This document shows positions 13,600-24,320 of a DNA stretch of 64,000 nucleotides, in pieces. Both the position numbers and the translations under genes were made by a program. The DNA is taken from the NCBI GenBank assembly GCA_951406725.2, contig OX597824.1, forward strand, positions 44,578,001-44,642,000, in the 5' to 3' direction. Source of the stretch: Octopus vulgaris. Taxonomy: Eukaryota. Within the stretch, counting starts at the first letter, position 1. Every line of letters begins with the position of its first letter. Below the pieces are notes generated by a model. The model was given only the letters and a program-made list of their open reading frames with translations. It had not been told where the DNA came from and did not search any database.

Positions 13600-14950
13600 C
13601 ATGCAGATTTTGAATATTAATTTAATTGCCCAAGAAAAAAAAAATCTGCTTGGCAAACTTCCATCACCAACAAGGGTACAGCTTTTCTGGAATCTTTCTT
13701 ATTCAAAAATTAGAGAAAGGAAAGTTACCTATAAAGAAGGTAAATGTGCCTGGTTTTTAAAACTGAGGACAGTGTGAAGAAGTAGGTCAAAGATTTTGAA
13801 TTATCTTGCCACAGAAAGGTTTTGGAATGTCTAAGTGTCCACTTCCTTATGAAAGAGTAATTTCTGTTTATGCATCCAAAGATTCCTGTGATGCCTCCTT
13901 TCTGGACAACATATCCACACACTTATTACCTGTGAGGTATTTTGTAAACTTTGCTGCTATAACAGAAGATTTTCCTCTCAGTATTTAGAAGTGTTGTTAT
14001 ATGAGTTTTGTTCTTTGGGAATATACATACTGCCAGCTATCATCCACTAGTTGCTGATTATCAGGTTCCTCCATATTGACCATAACACTATTTGGAGCAA
14101 CCCAAGAACCTTAGGACATTTTTCACACAGCAGATAGGGAATTCCATTTGACAAAGGTGGCACTGACTTTCTGAACCATTTCCTTTATTTCATTCAGTGT
14201 TGGTGGTTTGTTATCGACAATTTCCTCTGGCATTGTTGGCCACATCAGCTCCTGGATTTCAAATGATACCTCACAAAGGTAAAGAGAATCAGAATAAGAT
14301 TTCTTAAGATGTTGTTCCCGAATTTCACTATCCACTGCCTTCCAGACTTTAGCTAATCAAATAGTTTCTTGACAAATTGTAAAGGGTCTCTAAAGAAGCA
14401 AATTGGATTTTTTAAAATTTTTACTTTGCCTCCTTCTCACTGCGTCTGCATCAATGACAGCACTCTATCCAGCTTTCGGGTTTTTCCAGAGCTTCTCCAA
14501 CCTTAAAATCTCAAAATCTGCTGCAGTTTTCATCTTTTCTTGAGGTCTCATTTCTTCCTCTGCATGTTATCCATTTCTCACCAACAGCTGGATTTATGAG
14601 GAAGTGCTTTCATCTTTGGCAATTTTATTCTACATGTGTTCCTGCAGGGTTGCATAAACAATATCACCAAATGTGGCTTGTTGTGTTCAAGAACATTCCT
14701 TCTTACCAGCTCATTCAGCTTGTGAATTTTCACTTCATTCAGTCTCTCCCAAATGGCAGGTTGAGCTTCTGGCATTTAGTAGCATAGATGTCCTTTGTAT
14801 TGTAGTATGACTTTCAGCTTTGATTTTCTGATCTATCTGCTTGTAGTGTGCTGCTACTCATTCATGAAAGTTTTCATAGAGCCCTTTTTCATCCTGTGCA
14901 TCTTCATTCCATGCTCAGAAGAGAATTTTGCTCCAGAGACACATGAGATT
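13600..14950 (-). mobile_element. Heavily decayed R2/NeSL/Hero-like non-LTR retrotransposon fragment
   Basis: Minus-strand remnants QKGGITGIFGC, MYIPKEQNS, EQHLKKSYSD and KPPTLNEIKEMV resemble the pre-RT/RT region of REL-type LINEs. Confidence 0.5.
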
Positions 14951-14959
14951 GCCATTTGG

Positions 14960-15357
14960 GTGCTCCTTTGGCATGTGATCTACAAGGGAGATTACTTAAG
15001 GTTACTTTTTAAATTATTTTGTACAGCATTGTAAATGTATTCAAAATTCTTACTATTTTAATAAAAAAAAACCATATAATAATTAAAATAAGTGCACAGA
15101 TCACCCACTAAAGTAAATTTGCTCAAGTAGATCACATGGAAAGTAGCACTAACACAAAGTAACGGAAGAGTAACCCAAAGTAACCTCCCTTTAAATTGTA
15201 GATCACCCGGCAAAGTGGCACATTTCTTTTTCTTAAGAAATGATGTGAATTTAGTGCTGGTTTTTTGTAAAAATGTAAGGGATTTTAGAAATTGAAAAAT
15301 AAATTAAAAAGAAACTAAAGTAATCTCTCTTGTAGATCACATGCAAAAGGAGTATTT
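14960..15357. mobile_element. MITE with ~110 bp imperfect TIRs and internal GTAGATCAC repeats
   Basis: GTGCTCCTTTGGCATGTGATCTACAAGGGAGATTACTT at 14960 versus AAGTAATCTCTCTTGTAGATCACATGCAAAAGGAGTAT ending about 15355. Confidence 0.7.
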
Positions 15358-16352
15358 GTATTTTATTCATAGACCAGTGTGCACATCCAGTTGTGAATGG
15401 GTTCAGCATTCTCTCTAACTTTTGAGGAATTTTGGGAGTATCTTTCACAGAAATTGGATGAGTGGAAGTAAATGATATGTACAGTATACATATGAGTAAT
15501 AAGGTACTCAGAGAAGAAGCCAATCTATGTACTCTACATATTCAAAATTACTTTGAATACCTAGAGTAAATACCATCACCTGATTATTAATCGTTGGCCT
15601 ACAGGTATATGGTAAAAGTAGGCCCATATACTCAGACTGTGCTTGCTACTTTCAGCATCTTTAAACAAGTTTACTAGAGGACAGCACTTCCCGTACACAC
15701 ACTTCACAACTCAATGTGAATCTCAGACAGACCTTGCTGACAGCATTTCCATTCCTATAGAATTTATCTTGAATTAGCAATACTCCCACCCCCACCCCAC
15801 TTGCATTAGCAGATTAGGGATTTCTTAAAGTTATCCATTGCATCTAAGCTGAAAGTCCTCCACAGCAATATTAGTTTTGTAGAAAAAAAAGGCTTCTTTA
15901 TGCTCATTCTAGCATGGTCTTAATGATAACAGATTCACGATTGTACTGAACCTATTTTTAAAATGCTATTTATAGGACAAGCATAAACAATGTACACTTA
16001 GTAAGTTGGATTAATCACTTACTGGAATGGTGTGAATGATGTAGAGAGAAAGAGGATGGAACAAGGTGAGAAAGAGGAGAAAAAAGGAGAGAAAAGAAAC
16101 ACAGGAGAGTGAGAGTAGGAGGTATGGTGTTGAAAAAGTGAGAGAGAAAAGACAGAGAGCTGAATGTGAAAAACTGTGAGGTTCATAGAGAAAGAAAAAA
16201 AATGGAAGACAAAAGCAAGAGAGAAAAAATAAAAGGAAAATAGGAAGAAAAAAACGAGATAAGGAAAATGTGACTGACAAAGATGAAAAATATGAAGACA
16301 TTGAAAATGATGAGAAAGGAAGTGCACAAAAGAAGCTGAGAAATAAAGAAAC

Positions 16353-16387
<35 letters not shown>

Positions 16388-17458
16388 TGTGTGTGAAAGA
16401 AAGAGAGAGAGAGAGATTAAATAACTTTTTTACCTTTTACCTTTTTCTCCGCCTTGGAGAATTTTTTTAGTTAAATGAATCATATTGTATTTGTTTTATC
16501 TCTTTTTTTTTTAAAGCCCAATACTTATTCTATCGGATCTCATTTGCCGAACCGTTAAGTTATGGAGATGTAAACACACCACCACCGGTTGTCAAGCGAT
16601 AGTGGGGGACACAGCTAGACAGAACCCCCCCCATATATATATATATACATGACGGGCTTCTTTCAGTTTCCGTCTACCAAATCCAGTCACAAGGCTTTGG
16701 TCGGCCCAAGGCTACAGTAGAAGACACTTGCCCAAGGTTATCTTTCAGAAATTTCAACTCATTAGTCTTAGAAGAATTCTTAATTTTGATGATTCAGAGC
16801 TTTTTACAAATTTTCAGTTTTAATGATAACACACAAAAAGGATTCATACTTTTAACGGACATGGGTCTTTCAAAACTTAAAATTTTTATAAATACTAACT
16901 TATTAAATGTATATTTTGATGACGTTGGACCTAACAGAATTGCAAATTTTAATGAGAATCCTCCCCTCAGTCCCGTTAAAACTTTTCATTTATAACAATG
17001 GGTCGGTGAACATTTTTAACCCATAAAGCACTGGGATTTGCACTTACATAGCATGGATTGTTGAGTACATTTTATGAAAATGAGATTCCCATGCACACAT
17101 AAAAAACATTAGACCCCAACAAACGCATCTATCTGGGCCACGATCGTGGCCTGTCGACCTGTGCCTGACAGTCATGATCGGAGCCTATTGCGCTTTATAT
17201 GTTAATTTTCAAGTAAAAAAAAAAAACATGAAAATTAGAAATGTTCGTGATATCAGATCATCCAGACATTAGATATCAAAAGTGTCACACAACTAAACCT
17301 CAGAAAAATATTGTATGCATAAAATAAACTTGTACGAATAGTTCATTTTTAATAGCTGATAAAGGGAACATTATATGCTGAAATTCAGTCACTAATCGGA
17401 GGATGAATATACCATTACATTACGCTGGTATAAGATTTTAAATTGTATACAGTATCAA

Positions 17459-17783
17459 TGTACATTATTTACATTTGGCGGATATTTGTCCTCATCTTGT
17501 TTGTTATTAACGTTTCGGCTGATATACCCTCCAGCCTTCATCAGTTGTCTTGGGGAAATTTTGAACCTGGGTTCTCATTCCTAAGATATTTTTCTATGTT
17601 GTTATTATTAATTATCATTATTATTATTATTAATCCAGGCAGTGACCTGATAACTTGAATGAGAACCCAGGTTCGAAATTTCCCCAAGACACCTGATGAA
17701 GTCTGGAGGGTATATCAGCCGAAACGTTGTGTTAACAACAAACAAGGTGAGGACAAATATCCGTCAAGTGTAAATAATGTACA
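17459..17783. mobile_element. Penelope-related foldback element with a hammerhead motif in each arm
   Basis: Arms 17459-17580 and 17657-17783 are reverse complements. Flanking direct repeat TACARTATCAATG at about 17448 and 17813. Confidence 0.75.
17688..17733 (+). ncRNA. Minimal type I hammerhead ribozyme motif
   Basis: GACAC-CTGATGA-A-GTCTG-gagggtatat-CAGCC-GAAA-C-GTT-GTGTT. Stem I is GACAC/GTGTT, stem II is perfect (GGCTG/CAGCC) in the other arm, and stem III is the palindrome AACGTT. Confidence 0.65.
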
Positions 17784-19600
17784 TAATTTCTCATCTCTTA
17801 AATATGGAACTGTACAATATCAATGGTTTAACGCATGTAAAAAAAAAAGAAGAAAATTCAAGTTAAGGGAGGTTATTCTGAAATATTATACTTGAATTAC
17901 CTCTCTTCCAAAATACAAATTCTACTGTTTAAGATACATTTGACTTAAAAACCAGTCATGCCCTCTCCTATATCAAGGGTCCCCAACCATCGGGCGCGGA
18001 CCAGTACCGAACCACAGAAAGAATAATTTTTATTTCCATTTTGCTGACTATCACAATCGGCAAGATGTTTTGTATTATGGGCGGAGAGCAAAATGAGTAA
18101 TTTCTGATTTCTCGTTATTTTTGACAACCACCTGTTTGAAACTATTGTTTGAAAGTATTGCATCATCTTTGGGAGTAAAAATTGGTCAGCATAGTTGTTG
18201 TTGAAGTTAAGAGAGTTTGAAACATTAGTGACAGGTACTTTTTTTCCAGAATTTTTTGAAATTTGACCCAATTGTAATTGAGATTGTCAATAAACTATCT
18301 GGATAAGGTTTGGTGTTTAACAATCAATATTCTTCTCTCTGTTGAATTTCAAGTCAATTTTTCCCCATATTAATGTCTAATTTTGTAATTTTCAATTTTC
18401 AAAAAATGATGTCTAAATTGTGGAAAAATCAGTAATGGCTAATTTCAGTAATTTCTTCTCTTTAACTGCATGGTGCGTAAATATATCGGGAAGAGAGTCA
18501 CTTCAAGAGATAGTGAAAAAGCTATAGCAAATATTTTATGGTAAGTTTTTAGATTTAGTTGAGTTTCATTAACTTCATATCATGTGCCATTTTTCTATGA
18601 TCCGCTTTCATTTGATCTAAATATTTAAAATTTTGGTGGCATTACTGATCTTTCTGATGTCTAAGGATGGACACTAATGTGTGTGAGTTTTTATCAAATG
18701 TAATTCTGGAGAATTGAAGAGGCAAATTAATCTTATCTTGTATTACTCATTTTGCTCCAGCTAAATTTGTCTTTATATTCTCAAAGTGAACGGAGATAAT
18801 TTTCTGAAATATTCTTCTGAATGTAGTGTTTTTAATGCATTTAGAGAAGGTCTTTTGTTTAGTTTTTGTAAGGTAGTAAACATTTGTAAAAAACTTTTTT
18901 CTTCTCAAAATCAAAAATGCAGTAAATCTTACTCATTCTGCCCCGCTACCTTTATATATGTAATAATAAAAATCATATATTATGCACTTTGCTGTGTTCT
19001 GTTACGTGTGTGATCTCCTGGTCTGTGGGTTGCTTGTAATAAACATTTCTTACACATAAAACACAGATTTCTTTTATTACAATATGTAAAAAATAAACAC
19101 GACTACCATCATTAACCCTTTTGTTACTAACTTGTCCGAGACCACCATTGGTTCTAAAAATTATTCAAAATAAAACTCCTCATCAAATTTCACATCAAAT
19201 TATATTCCGCAAAGAATAACAATGAACACAAAATATTACATTTTGCCTCATCAATGCTGCATATGCACACACCATCTACACAATGAAATAAAAATACTTT
19301 AAATGAAAAAATAACACGATATGCAAGGAACACGATTCAATATATAGGAAAGTTTCAACTTTCTAATCCTTTTCACTACATATTCAATCACTCCCAAACA
19401 CAGACACATCTACTACACTCCAGAAAAAGCACGAGCCAACGAAAGAGCTTCCATATGGTCAGTCTGTCAAAAATTAAGAGCAGCTTAATTTTTGTCAAAT
19501 CACACACTATCTTAAATAATGTCATCCTAAGTATACTATGCCTAAAAAAACAACAACATGAGTCCATCATAGATGAGAAGCATTTTTGATCATACATTTG

Positions 19601-19940
19601 GGTACTTTTTGGTTATCTCACCCCCATTAAAAAATTAGTTTAAAAAATTGGGTTATCTCCCCACTAAAAAATCGCGTTGATGTGGCGACAAGGGATTCGA
19701 TTTAAAAAGTTGGATCGTTTTGATTCAATACTTCAACACATTGTTGACGTTTGGCCTCCTTAATAGGCAGGGTATGATTTGTTATAAAAATGTTAGTAGA
19801 TTCAGTAAGATGTTTAATTTTTTCAGTTTTCATGTTTATAAATTTTTCATTTTTTCTTTGTTTTATTGAGGGTTAAACAATTTTTTAGTTAGGGGAGATA
19901 ACCCAATTTTTTAATGGGGGTGAGATAACCAAAAAGTACC
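19601..19940. mobile_element. MITE with 36-bp perfect TIR plus subterminal repeat
   Basis: GGTACTTTTTGGTTATCTCACCCCCATTAAAAAATT ... AATTTTTTAATGGGGGTGAGATAACCAAAAAGTACC. Superfamily not assigned. Confidence 0.8.
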
Positions 19941-20269
19941 TAGATTTGCTCAACTTGGATGAGCTTTGTGGTAAACAATAACAACTTCTAAAACACGATC
20001 CAGTCATGACAAACATTAAAAAAAAACACACACACAAAAATAACTGCAAAATCAGTGATGACATCACTAGCGCCCACAAAAGAAAAGAAAAGAACTTGGA
20101 GCATTCTAGCCAGGTCGCTTTACCTGCATTTATTGTGGCCACACACTTAGGTCTAGAGACATACGAGAACAGAGATAAAAGGTGGTCATATTGCACCTCA
20201 CATACTATATCTCTGTGTTAAATTGTGCAGTATGGTTTTAAGTAGATAGAAGTATATACATATATTATA

Positions 20270-20782
20270 CTAGCAGTATCGCCCGGCGTTGCTCGGGTTT
20301 GTAAGGGAAATAACTATATAAGCATTTTTAGAGAGTTACTTCCCTTATAGATGCCAATTCGGGCTTTCTTAGCCATTTCTGTTTTGGTGTCTTCAAGCCA
20401 TGAAGTCGTTGTTCTAAAAGAACGCTGGTCTCCTTGACAACGCATTACGACGTTGATTTCTTTACACTCCCTTCCCCACAGCTTCACGAGGGAGGGAAGA
20501 AGGGGGAGAAGCAAACAGGTGCAGGTGTGACCATGGACGCCAACTCCGCCGCCATCGACACACGAAAAATTATGCATTAAAATGGAATAAAAAATGATGT
20601 TAAATTATTTTTAAAATCGTAGACTCATCGTAGACGCGCGCTAATAGTCAGACGGGCTCGATATGAATCACGACTATAAGATACCCGAATTTGGTTAAAC
20701 TGCACCGCAAAATGTGGGAGGAGTTAGGAATCTAAATCGAAGGGGACAGACACTCACACAACTAGAGTTTTATATATATAGA
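20270..20782 (-). mobile_element. Non-autonomous Helitron
   Basis: Minus strand starts A|TC and ends with hairpin CCCGAGCAACGCCGGG followed by CTAG|T. Homologous to 58061-58460. Confidence 0.85.
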
Positions 20783-21476
20783 TATTGAATTTGAGATTTC
20801 TGAGTTGCAAATAAACATTTAACTGAACTTTCATATAGCTTTTGTCAATCAGAACGGATGGCTAAGTAAATAACAACTAAGTAAATGTCCTGAAGCAGTT
20901 ATGAGCAACCCGCAACACTTGGACTGCTTACATTTCGTATGACTTTCGGCACAGTATGCCTAATATCACGTAACATATAACGTAACATTTTACTAAAATT
21001 TGGTGTCACAGTGAACTGAGGTTTAATTTTTTTTAGTGACACGATTTATGATGAGCAATATCTTATAAGATCCTCGACTAGTAAAGGTTGCTTATGTCCG
21101 TCGCAAAGATTACGTCTGAGCCGTCTTAAGGCAAAGGGATATTGTACAGTTGCTCAATTCTGATCTATATATGTTGTGGCTTTCAGTTAATAAATAAATA
21201 CCGTAGGACCCAGTGCGTTGATTTTGCACTGGGGCTATAATGCAGCTAAGACGGTCCTGGGTTCAGCTTCTCCTTCAGAGCTAGAAAATACGTCAGCTCA
21301 AATTTACTTTCTCCGAGTACTTTTATAAAATTATCCTCTTTCTTCCTTTCACACACACACACACATATATATATATATAAAGAAAATGTGACGAAATAAC
21401 GATGCATGAAGTTAACAGGTGGATTTGCTAGCACTCTTCATTTCACACGTTCCATTATCACACATACACAAATGTG

Positions 21477-21516
<40 letters not shown>

Positions 21517-21519
21517 CAT

Positions 21520-21557
<38 letters not shown>

Positions 21558-21560
<3 letters not shown>

Positions 21561-22016
21561 ACATAAGGGACTAAATCCATCTGAATATGGCTAGGGACAG
21601 GGCAGGGTGGTGGGGGTGTTACTGTTGCATTTAGCCCCAGGCGAACATCGACGTCACCAGAAAGGCTCGACACCGTCACGGTGTCCTTATCCTGCAAAGG
21701 GAGGTAATTCCCCGATGAAGCGGAAACCACACACGGACCATGGTTTCAAGGTGTATTGCCTATCGTCGGCGTGTGGTAGGCTTCCGCTTCCTCGACGAAT
21801 TCTCACTCTGCAGGATATTCATATATAGATTTTCAAGCAAAATACATTTGCTGATTTCGAAAATCTGTTCGAAAGCAATAATAATTCTTTTAGAGAATTA
21901 TTGTCGAGCCTTTCTGGTGACGTCGATGTTCGCCTGGGGCTAAATGCAACAGTAACACCCCCACCACCCTGCCCTGTCCCTAGCCATATTCAGATGGCTT
22001 TAGTCCCTTATGTTAT
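21558..22016. mobile_element. Young foldback element (115-bp arms, one visible mismatch) with a structured spacer; Penelope pLTR-related
   Basis: 21558-21672 is the reverse complement of 21902-22016. Flanked by a ~75-bp direct repeat (21407-21480 / 22089-22163). Arm and spacer are similar to 2100-2235. Confidence 0.8.
21730..21775 (-). ncRNA. Type I hammerhead ribozyme motif with one core substitution
   Basis: Minus strand reads CACACG-CCGACGA-TAGG-caataca-CCTT-GAAA-CCATG-GTC-CGTGTG: stem I CACACG/CGTGTG, palindromic stem III ACCATGGT, GUC triplet. Core is CCGACGA rather than CUGANGA. Confidence 0.6.
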
Positions 22017-22058
22017 CGAGCAGTTACTGTCTATATCTCTTTTAGAGAATTATTATTG

Positions 22059-22090
<32 letters not shown>

Positions 22091-22181
22091 AAGTTAACAA
22101 GTGGATTTGCTAGCACTCTTCATTTCAGACGTTCCATTATCACACATACACAAATGTGTATATATATATATATACATACAT

Positions 22182-22212
<31 letters not shown>

Positions 22213-22230
22213 TATATATACACAGATATA

Positions 22231-22436
22231 CAGTGGAACTTCGATTTTCGAACAACTCTGATCACAAATAAATCATACTTTATGTCGGTACTTATCTCAT
22301 ATTCATTTAATACCTCTGTTTACGAACGCCTCTGATTACAAATAAATTTACATATATCTATATTTATCTATCTCTCTATATATATAAAGCACGATTTATT
22401 CGCGATCAGAGTTGCTCGAAAACTGAGGTACTACTA
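22231..22436. mobile_element. Tc1/mariner (pogo/Tigger-like) MITE
   Basis: TA|CAGTGGAACTTCGATTTTCGAACAACTCTGATC ... GATCAGAGTTGCTCGAAAACTGAGGTACTACTA|TA; ~45-bp imperfect TIRs in a TA context. Confidence 0.65.
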
Positions 22437-22450
22437 TATATATATATACA

Positions 22451-22498
<48 letters not shown>

Positions 22499-22509
22499 TA
22501 TATATATAG

Positions 22510-22658
22510 GATCGTTTGTAGAAAACATAAATCCGAAAGAAGAAACATAGTCTAAGATGTAGAGTAGTATATATTAAAAATGCGGAAGGCCGGTTTATGG
22601 GATTACGTTAGGTTTCCCGTCCATAAACCGGCCTTCCCCATTTTTAATAAATGCGTAT

Positions 22659-22697
<39 letters not shown>

Positions 22698-22718
22698 CGT
22701 ACATATATATACATACAC

Positions 22719-22768
<50 letters not shown>

Positions 22769-22788
22769 GTACATATATATACATACAC

Positions 22789-22851
<63 letters not shown>

Positions 22852-23258
22852 CACATATAAATACATATAAAGGTTGCACGACGCAACGAAAATTTTAGGA
22901 AAAATAAGTAAATGAGTGGAAATCAAACCGGTGTGTGTGTTAAGTAATAGGGCACTAAAACAGAATGTCTCTTCCAAGGCACAATAAAAGATAAATTTTT
23001 TTTAATGGGGTAGGCCGGTTTATGGGATTACTGCGTGTTTCCCGTCCATAAAGGGTTTAGCTCTATGACGTATAATCAGATCACAAAAAAATGTTGGGAG
23101 TCTGAGGGTTTTGGGGTATGACTATACGCCATGAAGCTAAACCCTTTATGGACGAGAAACCCAGGGTAATCCCACAAAACGGCCTTCCTCATTAAAATGC
23201 ACACTGCTCTACATCTTAGAGTGTGCTTCTCCTGATTTATGTTTTCTGCAAACGAGAT
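22510..23258. repeat. Nested inverted-repeat complex
   Basis: Outer arms about 22512-22628 / 23145-23256. Inner perfect 17-bp stem GGAAGGCCGGTTTATGG/CCATAAACCGGCCTTCC (22584-22637). Second inner pair about 23001-23078 / 23118-23197. Confidence 0.8.
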
Positions 23259-23269
23259 ATATATATATA

Positions 23270-23460
23270 TATACGAAAGAAAAAGGCGTTCAGAATGCGA
23301 GATGGTTGTATATAAAAAAGTATATATATTTATTTATATATCACATATTATTTCTTCAAATCACGTGATTTGAAGAAATAATATGTGATATGTAAATAAA
23401 TATATATATATATTTTATATACAACCATCCAGCATTCTGAACGCCTTTTTCTTTCATATG
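23270..23460. repeat. Zero-spacer palindrome centred on TCAC|GTGA
   Basis: Perfect over 23338-23391 and imperfect out to ~95-bp arms; centre at 23364/23365. Confidence 0.9.
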
Positions 23461-24019
23461 TATTAAATCTGTACATCACCCCTAATACTTCTTATATATA
23501 TATATATGTATGTATGTATGTATGTAGGTATATATATATATGTGTGTGTGAGAGAAAGAGAGATAGAGTTAAGAATTACTTACATTTTTTCAATGCTAAC
23601 ATAATCCTGGGATGTAAGTCGAGTTTCTCCATACTGAAAGTTAGTCGACTGTTGAGAAAAGTTTACGATTCACAATACCCGCCTTAAAGGGAGCGCTTAT
23701 TATGCAAGAAACGGACACTGTTCTTAAGAAAGGAGATTTTCATCTATCTTGTTTCCGATTAGACGTTCGGAACTATGGATATATGTCAGCAGAGCTGTCA
23801 TTAAAATAAGCACAAAACTATTTGATTACATGTTTACGAAGGAATAATATAAAAGTCAATATCTTGTAGATTTTGTTAACTTATCTGAGACACGCTACAT
23901 TCTATTTTGTGTTCACACAACGTTTAAATAATTGATCAAATTAATTCTGTTGGTTTTTTGTTTTTAAAATATAAAGAAAGTATAATTTTATTGTATCACA
24001 ATGTTAAATTTAATAAAAT

Positions 24020-24211
24020 CTTTTTTATCGATAATTAAGACAGGATTTCTACTTTTTAGTTGTTCGTGTAAAGATCTGCGTGTAATACTAGTCATGATGT
24101 CATCTCTCGAGACTGGCCTTGAAAGGAAATGAAACGAAAGTGATATGGTCGACGTGGTGTCTTCCACATTAACGTAACATGTCATAGTTGTTTACATTTT
24201 ATTTCACGATA
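24020..24211 (+). promoter_or_regulatory. Probable housekeeping-type promoter and 5' UTR of RAB3GAP2
   Basis: CpG-retaining region just upstream of the ATG. DRE-like TATCGATA at 24026-24033; TCTCTCGAGA at 24103-24112 (one mismatch to TCTCGCGAGA); YY1-like CAAAATGGCTGCC at 24852-24864 in intron 1. TSS cannot be determined. Confidence 0.4.
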
Positions 24212-24320
24212 ATGTCGTGTCAACTAATTGTACTGTCACAATTTCAAGACATATCTTCTATAAAGAGATACCTTTTCCCTTTTCTGAAGGACTGCACTCC
24301 AGACCCGTCTGGCACAGAAG
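24212..24320 (+). CDS. RAB3GAP2: RAB3GAP2 coding exon 1
   Basis: [39 protein letters not shown], then G|gtatat; ends phase 1. Confidence 0.9.

Noticed and set aside
16011-16470. Hydrophobic F/L/S-rich and charged E/K/R-rich ORFs
   Set aside because: Purine-rich low-complexity tract running into (AG)n; no splice context or recognisable domain.
17136-17151. Perfect 16-bp palindrome GGCCACGATCGTGGCC
   Set aside because: Isolated, probably internal to an unclassified DNA transposon; no supporting context.
21711-21800. Plus-strand CCGATGA followed by a long stem as a hammerhead
   Set aside because: No GAAA follows the stem; the real motif is on the minus strand.
23130-23176. GAAAC-N5-GTA as hammerhead stem III in the nested foldback
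   Set aside because: No CUGANGA box or stem I partner found in any of the three copies.
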